From: Acidimicrobiales bacterium | GTDB taxonomy: Bacteria > Actinomycetota > Acidimicrobiia > Acidimicrobiales > CATQHL01 | Assembly: GCA_965242895.1 (NCBI GenBank) | Contig: OZ251507.1 | Coordinates: forward strand, 1,433,884 to 1,497,883 | Reading direction: 5' to 3' | Length of the DNA stretch: 64,000 nt | Part shown: positions 41,997 through 51,409 of the stretch, piece after piece | Position numbering within the stretch: position 1 is the stretch's first letter | How the letters are laid out: every line of letters starts with the position of its first letter | Notes under the pieces: generated by a model | What the model was told of the DNA's origin: nothing | Databases searched by the model: none | The model's input: the letters and a program-made list of their open reading frames with translations, nothing else | Program-made: the position numbers and the translations under genes

Positions 41997-42740
41997 GTGA
42001 CTTCGACGGGTGCGGAAGGATCCACCCTTACCTCGACTGGTCTTGGAGTCTTGCACCTGTTTTGTCGGATTTCTTCCGCGGTAGACCGCCCGCACGCCGT
42101 TTCTGCTCTCTCCAGGGCTCGGGAGCGGGGAACCCAGGTGGTGACTGCGGCGCTTCTCGGTCACAAAGCCGACGCAGCCTTCATGGCTCTTGACGCCGAC
42201 CTTTGGAATCTGCGCGACTTCCAGAGCGACCTGGAGGCGGCGGGTCTGGTGACTGCGAGTTCCTACCTTTCGCTCACCGAAGTTTCGGAGTACGCAGCCG
42301 GAATGCCCGAGGAGCACCTCCGTTCCCGCCTCTATCCGCAGTTGCCCCCGCCGAACAAGCCGATCTGGTGCTTCTATCCAATGTCCAAGCGCCGCGGCGA
42401 GCGGCACAATTGGTTCGCCCTGCCGTTCGAGGAGCGCCGCGAACTCATGTATGAGCACGGTGCTTCGGGACGAAAATTTGCCGGAAGGGTGCTTCAGGTG
42501 GTTACCGGTTCCACCGGTATCGACGACTTCGAGTGGGGTGTGACGTTGTTCTGCGCCCGACCGGAGGACCTCAAGGAGGTCGTCTACACGCTTCGTTTCG
42601 ACCGAGCTTCCGCCCTCTACGCCGAGTTCGGCCCTTTCTACGTGGGGTTGCTGGCTTCGGTGGACGACATCCTGGGGAGGGTGGCGGGTGCTCGGCTGCG
42701 CTCAGGTGCGCCGCCGGGACGGACGCCCGTACAGCACTAG
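41997..42740 (+). CDS. hemQ: Chlorite-dismutase-family coproheme decarboxylase (HemQ/ChdC)
   Basis: FYPMSKRRGERHNWFALPFEERRELMYEHG, DDFEWGVTLF and YTLRFDRASALYAEFGPFYVG. Confidence 0.85.
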   Translation: MTSTGAEGSTLTSTGLGVLHLFCRISSAVDRPHAVSALSRARERGTQVVTAALLGHKADAAFMALDADLWNLRDFQSDLEAAGLVTASSYLSLTEVSEYAAGMPEEHLRSRLYPQLPPPNKPIWCFYPMSKRRGERHNWFALPFEERRELMYEHGASGRKFAGRVLQVVTGSTGIDDFEWGVTLFCARPEDLKEVVYTLRFDRASALYAEFGPFYVGLLASVDDILGRVAGARLRSGAPPGRTPVQH

Positions 42741-42757
42741 TCCATCGCCGACATCTG

Positions 42758-44089
42758 ATGCAGCCCGGTTTGCTTTTTGATTCCAGGCGACGCTTTCTGG
42801 TTGCCGCCGCCCTCCTCGCCTTGACGTTCACCGGCTCTCTCGGATGGCTCTGGGACGGACTCGCCTTTGGCCAGGACGCAGAAGAGGAAGGCCAGCAAAT
42901 CAGAGGCGCCCTAGAGGTGATCGACGACGAAGCCCGTCAACCGGTCGAGGGTGTGGAGATAGTGGTGAGCGCCGATGGAGAGGAGATCGGGCGAACGCGC
43001 AGCGACGAAACGGGGGAATGGTCAGTCCCGGTCCCACAAGCGGGTACCTATCAGGTGCGCATAGAGGTGGGGAGTCTGCCGTCGGACGTTCAACTCACCG
43101 ACCCGGAGCGCGTGGAACTGAGCGAGGTTCAGGTTCGAGACGGGCAGCGCAAGACGGTTCGGTTCAACCTGGGCCCAGGTCTGAGCAAGTCGCTTTCTGG
43201 TGTGGAGCACTTTTCCAACCTCGTGATCTTGGGTCTTCGCCTGGGGTCGATAATCGCTCTCTCCTCCGTGGGGCTGTCGCTGCTCTACAGCATCAGCGGC
43301 ATGTTCAACTTCGCCCACGGCGACCTGGTCACCCTGGGGGCGATGCTCGCTTACTTCCTTAGCACTTCCCCGGAAGGCCCGGGCTGGCACTTGGCCATTG
43401 TTGTGGTCCCGACCATGTTCATGGCAGGAGGCATCGGAGGTCTGATGGAGTTCGGTCTCTGGCGTCCGCTGCGCCGCCGGCAGACTGGCATAGTCGCCCT
43501 GACTCTGGTGAGCATCGGCCTGTCGTTGGTGCTGCGCTATCTGCTGCAGACGATCTTCGGAGAAAGGCCCAAACCTTTCAGGGACTACAACATTCAGGAG
43601 CCGGTGCAGTTCCTGACGTTCTCTTCTCCGCCCAAGAACTTCTTCATAATTGGAATCACGGCTCTTCTGCTGGCGGCGGGGGGCCTGCTCATCCGCTACA
43701 CCCGAATCGGCACCTCCATTCGAGCGGTGGCCGACAACAGAGACCTAGCAGAGGCCTCCGGTATAGACACTCACCATGTCTTCTTGGTCACTTGGATAGT
43801 CGGCACGGGTCTCACCGCTCTGGGCGGGGTTTTTTTAGGAATCAGCGAGAGCGTGGAGTGGGATATGGGGTTCAAACTGCTGCTCCTCATCTTCGCGGGG
43901 ATGGTGCTAGGGGGTGTCGGCACCACTTTCGGGGCACTAGTCGGAGGGCTGGTAATCGGTTTGCTTGTCGAGATCAGCACCTTCTGGATAGATATCCAGT
44001 TCAAGACTGCCATCGGTCTTGGAATTCTGGTTTTGATGCTCCTGTTTAGGCCGCAAGGTTTGCTGGGGTCGCGAGAACGGATCGGCTGA
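42758..44089 (+). CDS. Branched-chain amino acid ABC permease (LivH-like) with N-terminal signal anchor plus CarboxypepD_reg-like domain
   Basis: Permease core (GLSLLYSISGMFNFAHGD). A roughly 130-aa N-terminal extension contains GVEIVVSADGEEIGRTRSDETGEWSVPVPQAGTYQVRI. Confidence 0.85.
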   Translation: MQPGLLFDSRRRFLVAAALLALTFTGSLGWLWDGLAFGQDAEEEGQQIRGALEVIDDEARQPVEGVEIVVSADGEEIGRTRSDETGEWSVPVPQAGTYQVRIEVGSLPSDVQLTDPERVELSEVQVRDGQRKTVRFNLGPGLSKSLSGVEHFSNLVILGLRLGSIIALSSVGLSLLYSISGMFNFAHGDLVTLGAMLAYFLSTSPEGPGWHLAIVVVPTMFMAGGIGGLMEFGLWRPLRRRQTGIVALTLVSIGLSLVLRYLLQTIFGERPKPFRDYNIQEPVQFLTFSSPPKNFFIIGITALLLAAGGLLIRYTRIGTSIRAVADNRDLAEASGIDTHHVFLVTWIVGTGLTALGGVFLGISESVEWDMGFKLLLLIFAGMVLGGVGTTFGALVGGLVIGLLVEISTFWIDIQFKTAIGLGILVLMLLFRPQGLLGSRERIG

Positions 44090-45087
44090 TGGACTGGCTG
44101 GGGATTACATTCGGCGCCCTTCGCGACTGCGTTTCTTTGACGGCTGCGGCCTACGCTCTCTCCGCCATCGGGCTGAACTTGCAGTTCGGCGCCGCAGGAC
44201 TCTTGAACTTCGGCCATGTGGCTTCAATGCTGGTGGGCGCCTACGGCTTGGCCATCGTGGTGGACCTGGGCGGCTCTTTCCTGCTCGGCGTGCTGGTCGG
44301 TCTTGCGGCTGCGGCCCTGCTGGGACTGTTGTGGGGGGTGACCACCCTGCGTCTGCGCGCCGACTACCTGACGGTAGTGACGCTTTCTTTCGGGGAGATT
44401 CTGCGGTTCTTGGTCCGAAGCAACTGGGCCGATCCGCTTACGAACAGCGTGAAAGGCATCCAGCGTTTTGCCGACGAGTTCTACGACTGGAATCCCATTC
44501 GAGAAGGAAACTACGGTTCGTTGTCGGCATCCATTCCATTTCGTTTTACCGAACGGCAACTTTGGGTGATAACGGTGTGTTGGGGGTTAGTGATCCTTGC
44601 GACTTTGTTGTTCAGAGGCCTGATGCGCAGTCCCTGGGGGAGGGCTGTTCGGGCTGTGCGAGAAGACGAAGACGCCGCCCTCAGCTTGGGCAAGAACGCT
44701 TACATGTACAAACAGCAGGCGTTGATCATCGGAAGCATGATTGGCGCCTTGGGCGGGATCATGCTTGCGGTTGAACAGCAGAACGTCCACCCGGACTTCT
44801 ACATTCCGCTCGTCACCATAAGCATGTTTGCCATCGTGATTCTGGGGGGCGCGGGCAGCGTCTGGGGGCCGGTGGCAGGCGCGATCCTCTACTGGTTTCT
44901 CTTCGAATGGTTAGACGGTCTGATCGCCGGAGCCATCACTGAGGGTTACCTAGGAGGGCTCTTCGAAGCTGCGGATGCCGGACGGATTCGCACCATGTTG
45001 GTGGGCATCGGTTTGGTCTGTCTCATGATTTTCCGTTCTCAGGGGTTGTTCGGCAAACGGAAGGAGGTGCTGCTGGGTGGCACCTGA
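44089..45087 (+). CDS. Branched-chain amino acid ABC permease (LivM-like)
   Basis: GLNLQFGAAGLLNFGH and multiple TM segments. Its ATGA overlaps the upstream gene. Confidence 0.85.
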   Translation: MDWLGITFGALRDCVSLTAAAYALSAIGLNLQFGAAGLLNFGHVASMLVGAYGLAIVVDLGGSFLLGVLVGLAAAALLGLLWGVTTLRLRADYLTVVTLSFGEILRFLVRSNWADPLTNSVKGIQRFADEFYDWNPIREGNYGSLSASIPFRFTERQLWVITVCWGLVILATLLFRGLMRSPWGRAVRAVREDEDAALSLGKNAYMYKQQALIIGSMIGALGGIMLAVEQQNVHPDFYIPLVTISMFAIVILGGAGSVWGPVAGAILYWFLFEWLDGLIAGAITEGYLGGLFEAADAGRIRTMLVGIGLVCLMIFRSQGLFGKRKEVLLGGT

Positions 45088-45988
45088 GATCTCCTTGCGA
45101 GAGGGACGCCCGATCGCAAAAGTCCTGGAAGGAGTCGCTCACCGGCCGGGTGCGCCCAAGCCCACTCCCATTCTGGTCGTGTCCGAGATGAAGCGGGCCT
45201 TCGGCGGACTAATAGCGGTCGACGTGGAACATTTAGAAATTCAGAAGGGAAGCGTGACCGCCTTGATCGGCCCGAACGGATCAGGAAAAACGACGCTGTT
45301 CAACCTGCTGTGCGGCTTCGATGCCCCAGATGAAGGGCAGTGGCAGTTTTTTGGTTCCTCCAAAGTCGATGAGAAATCCGCTTCGCTTCCGTGGAAGGTG
45401 GAGGAGGGTCGGACGGGTGGGATTTCGCTCAGAGGAAAGCGCTCCCATGAGATTGCGCGCCTAGGGATGGTGCGTACGTTCCAACTCACGCGGTCGCTGT
45501 CGCTTTTGACGGTTCTGGAGAACGTGTTGCTGGCCGCGCCCGATCAGGCAGGAGAGCGGCTCTCACGTTCTCTTGGGTGGGCGTGGCGTCGTATCGAGAA
45601 AGAGAACAAAAAAGACGCACTTGAAATCCTGGAGCGGTTCGGTCTGGCCCACATGAGCGGCGAGTATGCGGGTTCGCTCTCAGGCGGTCAGCGGAAGTTG
45701 CTGGAATTGGCCCGCGCTGTCATGGCGCGTCCTTCCCTGCTCTTGCTGGACGAACCCCTGGCCGGGGTCAACCCTGCGCTGGTGGAATCGATCCTGGAGC
45801 GCATGCTGGAGTTCCCGGGCGAAGGGATGACGATCCTATTCGTGGAGCACAGCATGGATGTCGTGATGAGCATCAGCGACTGGGTCGTGTGCCTGGGCGA
45901 GGGAAGCATCATCTCTGAAGGGCCTCCTGAAGTCGTGGCGCAGGATCCTCTCGTGATAGACGCTTACTTAGGCAAGGAGGAGAGTTGA
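45077..45988 (+). CDS. ABC transporter ATP-binding protein (LivG-like)
   Basis: GPNGSGKTTLFN, LSGGQRKLLELARA and LLLDEP. Confidence 0.9.
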   Translation: MAPEISLREGRPIAKVLEGVAHRPGAPKPTPILVVSEMKRAFGGLIAVDVEHLEIQKGSVTALIGPNGSGKTTLFNLLCGFDAPDEGQWQFFGSSKVDEKSASLPWKVEEGRTGGISLRGKRSHEIARLGMVRTFQLTRSLSLLTVLENVLLAAPDQAGERLSRSLGWAWRRIEKENKKDALEILERFGLAHMSGEYAGSLSGGQRKLLELARAVMARPSLLLLDEPLAGVNPALVESILERMLEFPGEGMTILFVEHSMDVVMSISDWVVCLGEGSIISEGPPEVVAQDPLVIDAYLGKEES

Positions 45989-46037
45989 AGAGATTTCCCC
46001 TGAGGCTTATTGCCCAGATCAAAGTCCGACCTCTCTC

Positions 46038-46835
46038 TTGGAGATGCAGATGAGAACTAGGAGAGCGCCCGCGAAAAAGTTGGGGGATGCCCAGGACGCA
46101 TCGGCGACGGGACGCTCTCCGCTGTTGAGCGCCTCCGACGTAACGGCGGGCTATTTTCCTGGCGTCGACATTCTCAACGGCTGCAGCCTCGATGTGCATC
46201 AAGGTGAGTTGGTGGGGATCGTCGGACCCAACGGAGCAGGGAAGTCGACGCTGTTGAAGGCGCTCTTTGGTCTGATCCCGGTTCGTTCCGGTCGGGTCAT
46301 TCTGCGCGGCGAAGACGTGACCGGGCGGAATGCCCCATATCTAGTCTCGGCAGGGGTGGGGTATGTGCCTCAGGTGGCAAACGTGTTTGCCAGCCTGAGC
46401 GTGGAGGAGAACCTCCGCATGGGCGTCTACAAGACTCCTAAAGTGTTCGAGGAGAGGTACGAGAAGGTCGTCGAGATATTTCCGCTCTTGGCAGACCGTG
46501 CTAAGCAGAGAGCGGGACTGATGTCGGGGGGAGAGCGTCAGATGGTGGCCATGGGGCGCGGGCTGATGATGTCCCCTGACGTTCTGCTGCTCGACGAACC
46601 CTCGGCGGGGTTATCACCGGCCAACCAGTCGGCGACGTTCGAGCGCATAGATCAGATCCGACGTGCGGGAGTGTCCATCGTGATCGTGGAACAGAACGCT
46701 CGCCGCTGTCTGCAGATATGCGATCGGGGCTACGTCCTGGATCAGGGCCGGAACGCCTACACCGGCAGCGGAAAGTCGCTGTTGTCAGACCCCAAAGTAG
46801 TGGAGCTCTACCTGGGGACTTACATCCACAGGTAG
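46038..46835 (+). CDS. ABC transporter ATP-binding protein (LivF-like)
   Basis: GPNGAGKSTLL, MSGGERQMVAMGR and LLLDEPS. Confidence 0.9.
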   Translation: MEMQMRTRRAPAKKLGDAQDASATGRSPLLSASDVTAGYFPGVDILNGCSLDVHQGELVGIVGPNGAGKSTLLKALFGLIPVRSGRVILRGEDVTGRNAPYLVSAGVGYVPQVANVFASLSVEENLRMGVYKTPKVFEERYEKVVEIFPLLADRAKQRAGLMSGGERQMVAMGRGLMMSPDVLLLDEPSAGLSPANQSATFERIDQIRRAGVSIVIVEQNARRCLQICDRGYVLDQGRNAYTGSGKSLLSDPKVVELYLGTYIHR

Positions 46836-46887
46836 AGCTCCACTCATAGGCATTCTTAGCTTTCGGGCTGGCCTTGTCTGGCCTTGG

Positions 46888-48237
46888 CTACGAACCTTCG
46901 ATGAGGATTTGGTCTATCGGATTTAGTGCGCCCTCCGAGTTGAAGATCGAGATGTCATAGCTGCCGGCGCCGGGTTCGCCCGCATCCGTGAAGTCCAAGG
47001 GTCCGCTGGCTCCGTCGTAGTCGATGTCTTCACCGGCCGCGATCAGTTCGCAGCATTTGGCGAAGGAACTGCACTTAGTGCCGCCCCGAGTGATGTTGTT
47101 TATCTCGTCTACGAACACGGTGGGGTCGGTGCTCTCGGCCGCCATGGCCGCTAGGGCGATGATTACCAAGGCGTCGTATGCGTGTGCGGAGAAGATCGTC
47201 TGTGTATCGGGGCCCGCGAATGCCCGGAATCGCTCAGTAAAGGTTGGTTCGCCGTCTTCAGGAGCAGAGGAAGGCCCTGTTGCCTTGGCGCCCATGAGCA
47301 AGGACGGGTTGTCCTTGTCGACCAACTCCCACAGGTTGCCTGTTGCGGTTCCGTCTCCCATGAACAGGGGGACATCGCTGGGCCCGATCCCTGCTTCGAT
47401 CATTCCGGCGATGATGGGGCCGCCTTCTTCGAAGGCGATGAGCACGATGCCGTCCACGGATGCTTCCACTAATTGCTGTATTTCTGCGTCGAAACTGCTG
47501 CCTTCAGGGTCGTAGGCGATCGAAGTCCCAATGGTCACACCGTTGCTGACGAGTTTGCTTTCCAGAGCCTCTGCCAGGTTTTGCCCGTAGTCGTCAGCTC
47601 TGTACAGGATGCCTACTTGAGAGACTCCGTCATCGGTTACCACGTCCCCTAGCACTTGTGCCTGCAGCAGGTCGGGAGGGGCCGTGCGGAAGTAGTAGCC
47701 GTCGTCGTCGTAGGTGGTGAAGGTGGGGGAGGTGTTAGAAGGCGACATCATGACCACTTCCTCGCCTGTGATCTTGTCGATGATCGACAGAGAAATCCCG
47801 GAGGCGGCGGCTCCCACTATTGCGCTCACGTTCCTAGCGAGCAGGTCGTCGGCGGTTGCGCTGGCCACGGCCGGGTCGGTGCCCGAATCTCCCGGGATGA
47901 GTTCGACGTAGTCGCCCGCCATGGCATTGATCTCGTCTGCTGCCATCTGCACTGCCTTCACCATGGGCTCGTTAAGGAAGGCCAGAGCGCCCGTGGAAGG
48001 CAGGATGTAGCCGACGACTAATTTTTCCATGGGCATGGCCGCTGTGGTAGTCGTGGTGGCGGCCGTCGTGGTCGTTGCCGGTGCCTGCGCCGTCGTGGTC
48101 GTCGAAGTGGTGGTGTCGTCGCTTCCGCAGGCGGCAGCGAGCAGCGAGACGACGGCAAGGGAAACGACGGCTGTTCGCAGCCAAACGGATTTGTGCACGT
48201 TCTTGCGTTCTTGCGCCGAGGTCCTCTGTTTTTTCAT
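46888..48237 (-). CDS. ABC substrate-binding lipoprotein (LivJ-like)
   Basis: LLAAACGSDD lipobox, a Thr-rich linker, and VGYILPSTGALAFLNEP. Confidence 0.85.
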   Translation of the reverse strand: MKKQRTSAQERKNVHKSVWLRTAVVSLAVVSLLAAACGSDDTTTSTTTTAQAPATTTTAATTTTTAAMPMEKLVVGYILPSTGALAFLNEPMVKAVQMAADEINAMAGDYVELIPGDSGTDPAVASATADDLLARNVSAIVGAAASGISLSIIDKITGEEVVMMSPSNTSPTFTTYDDDGYYFRTAPPDLLQAQVLGDVVTDDGVSQVGILYRADDYGQNLAEALESKLVSNGVTIGTSIAYDPEGSSFDAEIQQLVEASVDGIVLIAFEEGGPIIAGMIEAGIGPSDVPLFMGDGTATGNLWELVDKDNPSLLMGAKATGPSSAPEDGEPTFTERFRAFAGPDTQTIFSAHAYDALVIIALAAMAAESTDPTVFVDEINNITRGGTKCSSFAKCCELIAAGEDIDYDGASGPLDFTDAGEPGAGSYDISIFNSEGALNPIDQILIEGS

Positions 48238-48525
48238 TCCTGAACTCCTTTCAGCTCTTCGGGGCTACCTAACGAGGGTTCTGTCGAAATATCAACGCTT
48301 TGAAGTTTAGTTAACAAAGTGCCCGTTTTGGGATGTTACCTAGCTGGAGATATGGGTTCTCAGCCGGTAGTCACGGAGCGCTTGAGGCCGATGGAATCGA
48401 CGTGCACTACGACGTGCTCTAGCAAGTCGAGTGTGCCTTCACTCGAGTGTGCCTTCACTATTGAAGAGGACTTCGACCTCGGATCCGTCGGATCGGAAGG
48501 AGCTCAGGGAACCGCAGGCTCATGT

Positions 48526-49788
48526 CTATTTCTCCTCTATGAGGACTTGGTAGAGGACGTCTAGTCCTCCCTCGGCGTTGAACTCGATTATGTCGTAGGC
48601 CCCGGCGCTGGGCTCGCCTTCGTCCTTGAAGTCCAGTGGGCCGCTTGCACCGTCGTAGTCGATGTCTTGGCCGTCGGCTATGAGTTCAGCACAAGACACG
48701 TAGGTGCCGCATTTGGTGCCGCCTCGTGTTATGTCGTTAATCTCAGGGGCAAAGTCGGAGGCTTTGGTGCTGTCCGCCTTGAGAGACGCTAGGGCAAGCA
48801 CGATTAGGGTGTCGTAGGCGTGGGCCGAGAACATCGTGTCGACTCCGCCGCCTGCGTAGGCCGCAAAACGCGCCGGGAAAGTCTCTTCGCCTGCCCACTC
48901 TTCGGCGTTGGGAGCGGAGGAAGGAGCGGCGACCCTGGCGCCTTCCAGCACTGCGGGATTCGTGGGATCGACGTCCTCCCACAGGCTGCCTCCTGCAATC
49001 CCGTCACCTAGAAAAAGAGGCACCGAGCCAGGTCCAATACCAGCTTCGATCAACGCCGATATTATTTGAGCCCCTTCGTTGAAAGCGATGAGGATCACGC
49101 CGTCGACCTGTGCTTCGGAGACCCGCTGGATTTCGGCGTCAAAGCTTGTGCCTTCAGGGTCGTAGCCGAGGGAAATGCCGACGTTCACTCCGTTGCTCTC
49201 CAGTTGATCTTCCAGAGACTTGGCCAGGTTCTCCCCGTAGTCGTCGGCTCTGTAGAGGATGCCGGCGCTCGAAACGCCGCCGTCGGTGACCAATTCGCCT
49301 AGCACCTGAGCCCTAAGCACGTCAGTGGGCGATGTACGGAAGTAAAGACCTCGGTCGGGATAGGTTGTCAAGCTCGGGGAGGTGTTGGATGCAGCGATCA
49401 TCGCCACTCCTGCGCCCGTGACCTTATCGATGATCGACAGGGAGACGCCGGAGGCTGCTGCTCCTATGATGGCGCTTACCCCGTTTGCAAGATGATCATC
49501 GGCTGTGAGGCTGGCTACTTCGGCCGAAGTGCCGGAATCCCCGGGGCGGAGACGCACGTTCCCTCCAGAGGCGTTGATCTCGTCCCGAGCCAACTCCACC
49601 CCTTTGATGATCGTTTGTCCTAGATGCGTGAGCGTGCCCGTAGAAGGGAGTACGTATCCGACGAGCAGTTCACTCACTCCGCTAGACGAGAGGGTGCTTT
49701 CGGGCGCCGTCGCCGTCTCTCCGCCGCAGGCAGCGGCGACCAATGAGATCGAGAAGATCAGCGCTGCGAAGCGTCGCAAGCGGGTCAT
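48526..49788 (-). CDS. ABC substrate-binding lipoprotein (LivJ-like paralog)
   Basis: LVAAACGGE lipobox. It aligns along its length with the 46888-48237 product. Confidence 0.85.
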   Translation of the reverse strand: MTRLRRFAALIFSISLVAAACGGETATAPESTLSSSGVSELLVGYVLPSTGTLTHLGQTIIKGVELARDEINASGGNVRLRPGDSGTSAEVASLTADDHLANGVSAIIGAAASGVSLSIIDKVTGAGVAMIAASNTSPSLTTYPDRGLYFRTSPTDVLRAQVLGELVTDGGVSSAGILYRADDYGENLAKSLEDQLESNGVNVGISLGYDPEGTSFDAEIQRVSEAQVDGVILIAFNEGAQIISALIEAGIGPGSVPLFLGDGIAGGSLWEDVDPTNPAVLEGARVAAPSSAPNAEEWAGEETFPARFAAYAGGGVDTMFSAHAYDTLIVLALASLKADSTKASDFAPEINDITRGGTKCGTYVSCAELIADGQDIDYDGASGPLDFKDEGEPSAGAYDIIEFNAEGGLDVLYQVLIEEK

Positions 49789-49993
49789 GCCCCGGGTGAG
49801 AGAAGATTGGAAATATTCATTTGCTGCTTTCTATGTTTGAGGCACCTGCTAACCTACGAATTTAAACTGTCAGCTGTGGGGGATATGCAACACTTACTCT
49901 AGAACGGCACTAAGCTTTGCCTTCGATGCCCTTGAACTCGACAGTTCAAACAAGAATTCAAGCAAAAGCGGATCTACAGCAATGAGGTGCTAG

Positions 49994-51208
49994 ATGGATA
50001 TCTTTGACAGCGGAGACCTGACTTGGCTATTGGTTTGTACGGCCTTGGTGCTTTTCATGACGCCAGGGCTGGCGATCTTCTACGGAAGCATGGTCGGGTC
50101 CAAGAACGTAGTGAACATGATGTCCATGAACGTCTATTGCCTAGTGGTCGTCCCTATCCTCTGGGCGCTGATGGGATTTTCGCTTGCGTTTGGGGAATGG
50201 GACTTTCCGATCCTCGGAAACGCCGACAACTTCTTGATGCGGGGCATCTCGGGTGATGAGGCACTCGTCAACTTTGCCTTCAGCGCCACCTTCGCGGTGA
50301 TAGCGCCTGCGCTCATGTCGGGAGCGGTGGCTGGGCGCATGAAGTTCAAGGCCTGGGTCTGGTTCGTTCCCATTTGGTCTTTGCTTGTGTACAGCCCGGT
50401 GACCTACTGGGTGTTCGGTGCCAACGGATGGCTGATCAACCTTCCGTCGCACGATTTTGCGGGGGGGACATCTATTCACGTGAATGCTGGAGCCGGAGCA
50501 TTGGCTCTGGCCTTCGTGCTGGGCCCCCGTCAGGGATGGGCGCCCCGGCATACGACGCCTCCTCACGACATGCGCATGTTCCTTGTAGGGACGGGCGTCC
50601 TTTGGCTGGGTTGGTTCGGTTTCAACGCCGGCTCGGCCTTGGCGGCAAATGAACTTGCGTCTCTGGCCCTCGTCAACACGTTCTTGGCGCCCGCCGGAGC
50701 GGCTTTTGCTTGGCTTGTAGTGGGTTGGCTGAAGCGCCGCCCGTCGGAACTGCTGGGAGTCTGCTCCGGGATCGTGGCCGGTCTGGTTGCGATAACTCCA
50801 GCTGCGGGTTTCGTAGGGCCGATGTATTCGATCATCATTGGAGCCTGCGCCGGCGCGGTGTGCTACTTCACGGTGCATCTCAAGCACCTACTAGAACTAG
50901 ATGACACTCTCGATGTCGTTGGCCTGCACCTCTTCGGGGGCGTCGTCGGAGGAATACTCATCGGGTTCTTCGCCGACAACACCGTCTACGCCGGCGCAGA
51001 TTTTGCCGAAGGGATCTTTTTCGGAGGCGGCGGCAGTTTGCTGCTGAACCAACTGCTGGGACTTCTGTCGACGATCACCTATTCCTTCCTGGTCACCTGG
51101 GGAATTGCCATGGTCCTCGACAAACTCATCGGCCTGCGTGTGAGCGAAGAGTCCGAGAGGGTGGGTCTGGACCGGGTCGAACACGCTGAAACCGCCTACT
51201 CCGGATAG
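49994..51208 (+). CDS. amtB: Ammonium transporter
   Basis: DFAGGTSIHVNAGAGALA, LGWFGFNAGSA and the VGLHLFGGVVGG motif. Confidence 0.95.
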   Translation: MDIFDSGDLTWLLVCTALVLFMTPGLAIFYGSMVGSKNVVNMMSMNVYCLVVVPILWALMGFSLAFGEWDFPILGNADNFLMRGISGDEALVNFAFSATFAVIAPALMSGAVAGRMKFKAWVWFVPIWSLLVYSPVTYWVFGANGWLINLPSHDFAGGTSIHVNAGAGALALAFVLGPRQGWAPRHTTPPHDMRMFLVGTGVLWLGWFGFNAGSALAANELASLALVNTFLAPAGAAFAWLVVGWLKRRPSELLGVCSGIVAGLVAITPAAGFVGPMYSIIIGACAGAVCYFTVHLKHLLELDDTLDVVGLHLFGGVVGGILIGFFADNTVYAGADFAEGIFFGGGGSLLLNQLLGLLSTITYSFLVTWGIAMVLDKLIGLRVSEESERVGLDRVEHAETAYSG

Positions 51209-51409
51209 AGAAACCGCTTACTCCGTATAGACCGGACGTCCCTCAGGCGCTCCTCAGACGCTCCCAAGGATCGGGTGGCGCTGTCTGCCCGCCTGGGGCA
51301 GAACTCACAGCACCCATGAGTGCTGAAGGGTGGGTGTCTAAGGGGCACTGAAGGGGAGAGGTTGGTCTTCCCTGAACCTCAGGGCTTTACAGACTGTACG
51401 GTTTAAGGC

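Noticed and set aside
49800-49993. Possible GlnR or AmtR operator (two TTCAA motifs 11 bp apart near 49945-49965) in the amtB/binding-protein divergent spacer
   Set aside because: The resemblance to the published gTnAc-n6-GaAAc or AmtR boxes is too weak to claim from inspection alone.
50141-50887. 248-aa minus-strand ORF
   Set aside because: It is antisense to the ammonium transporter gene.
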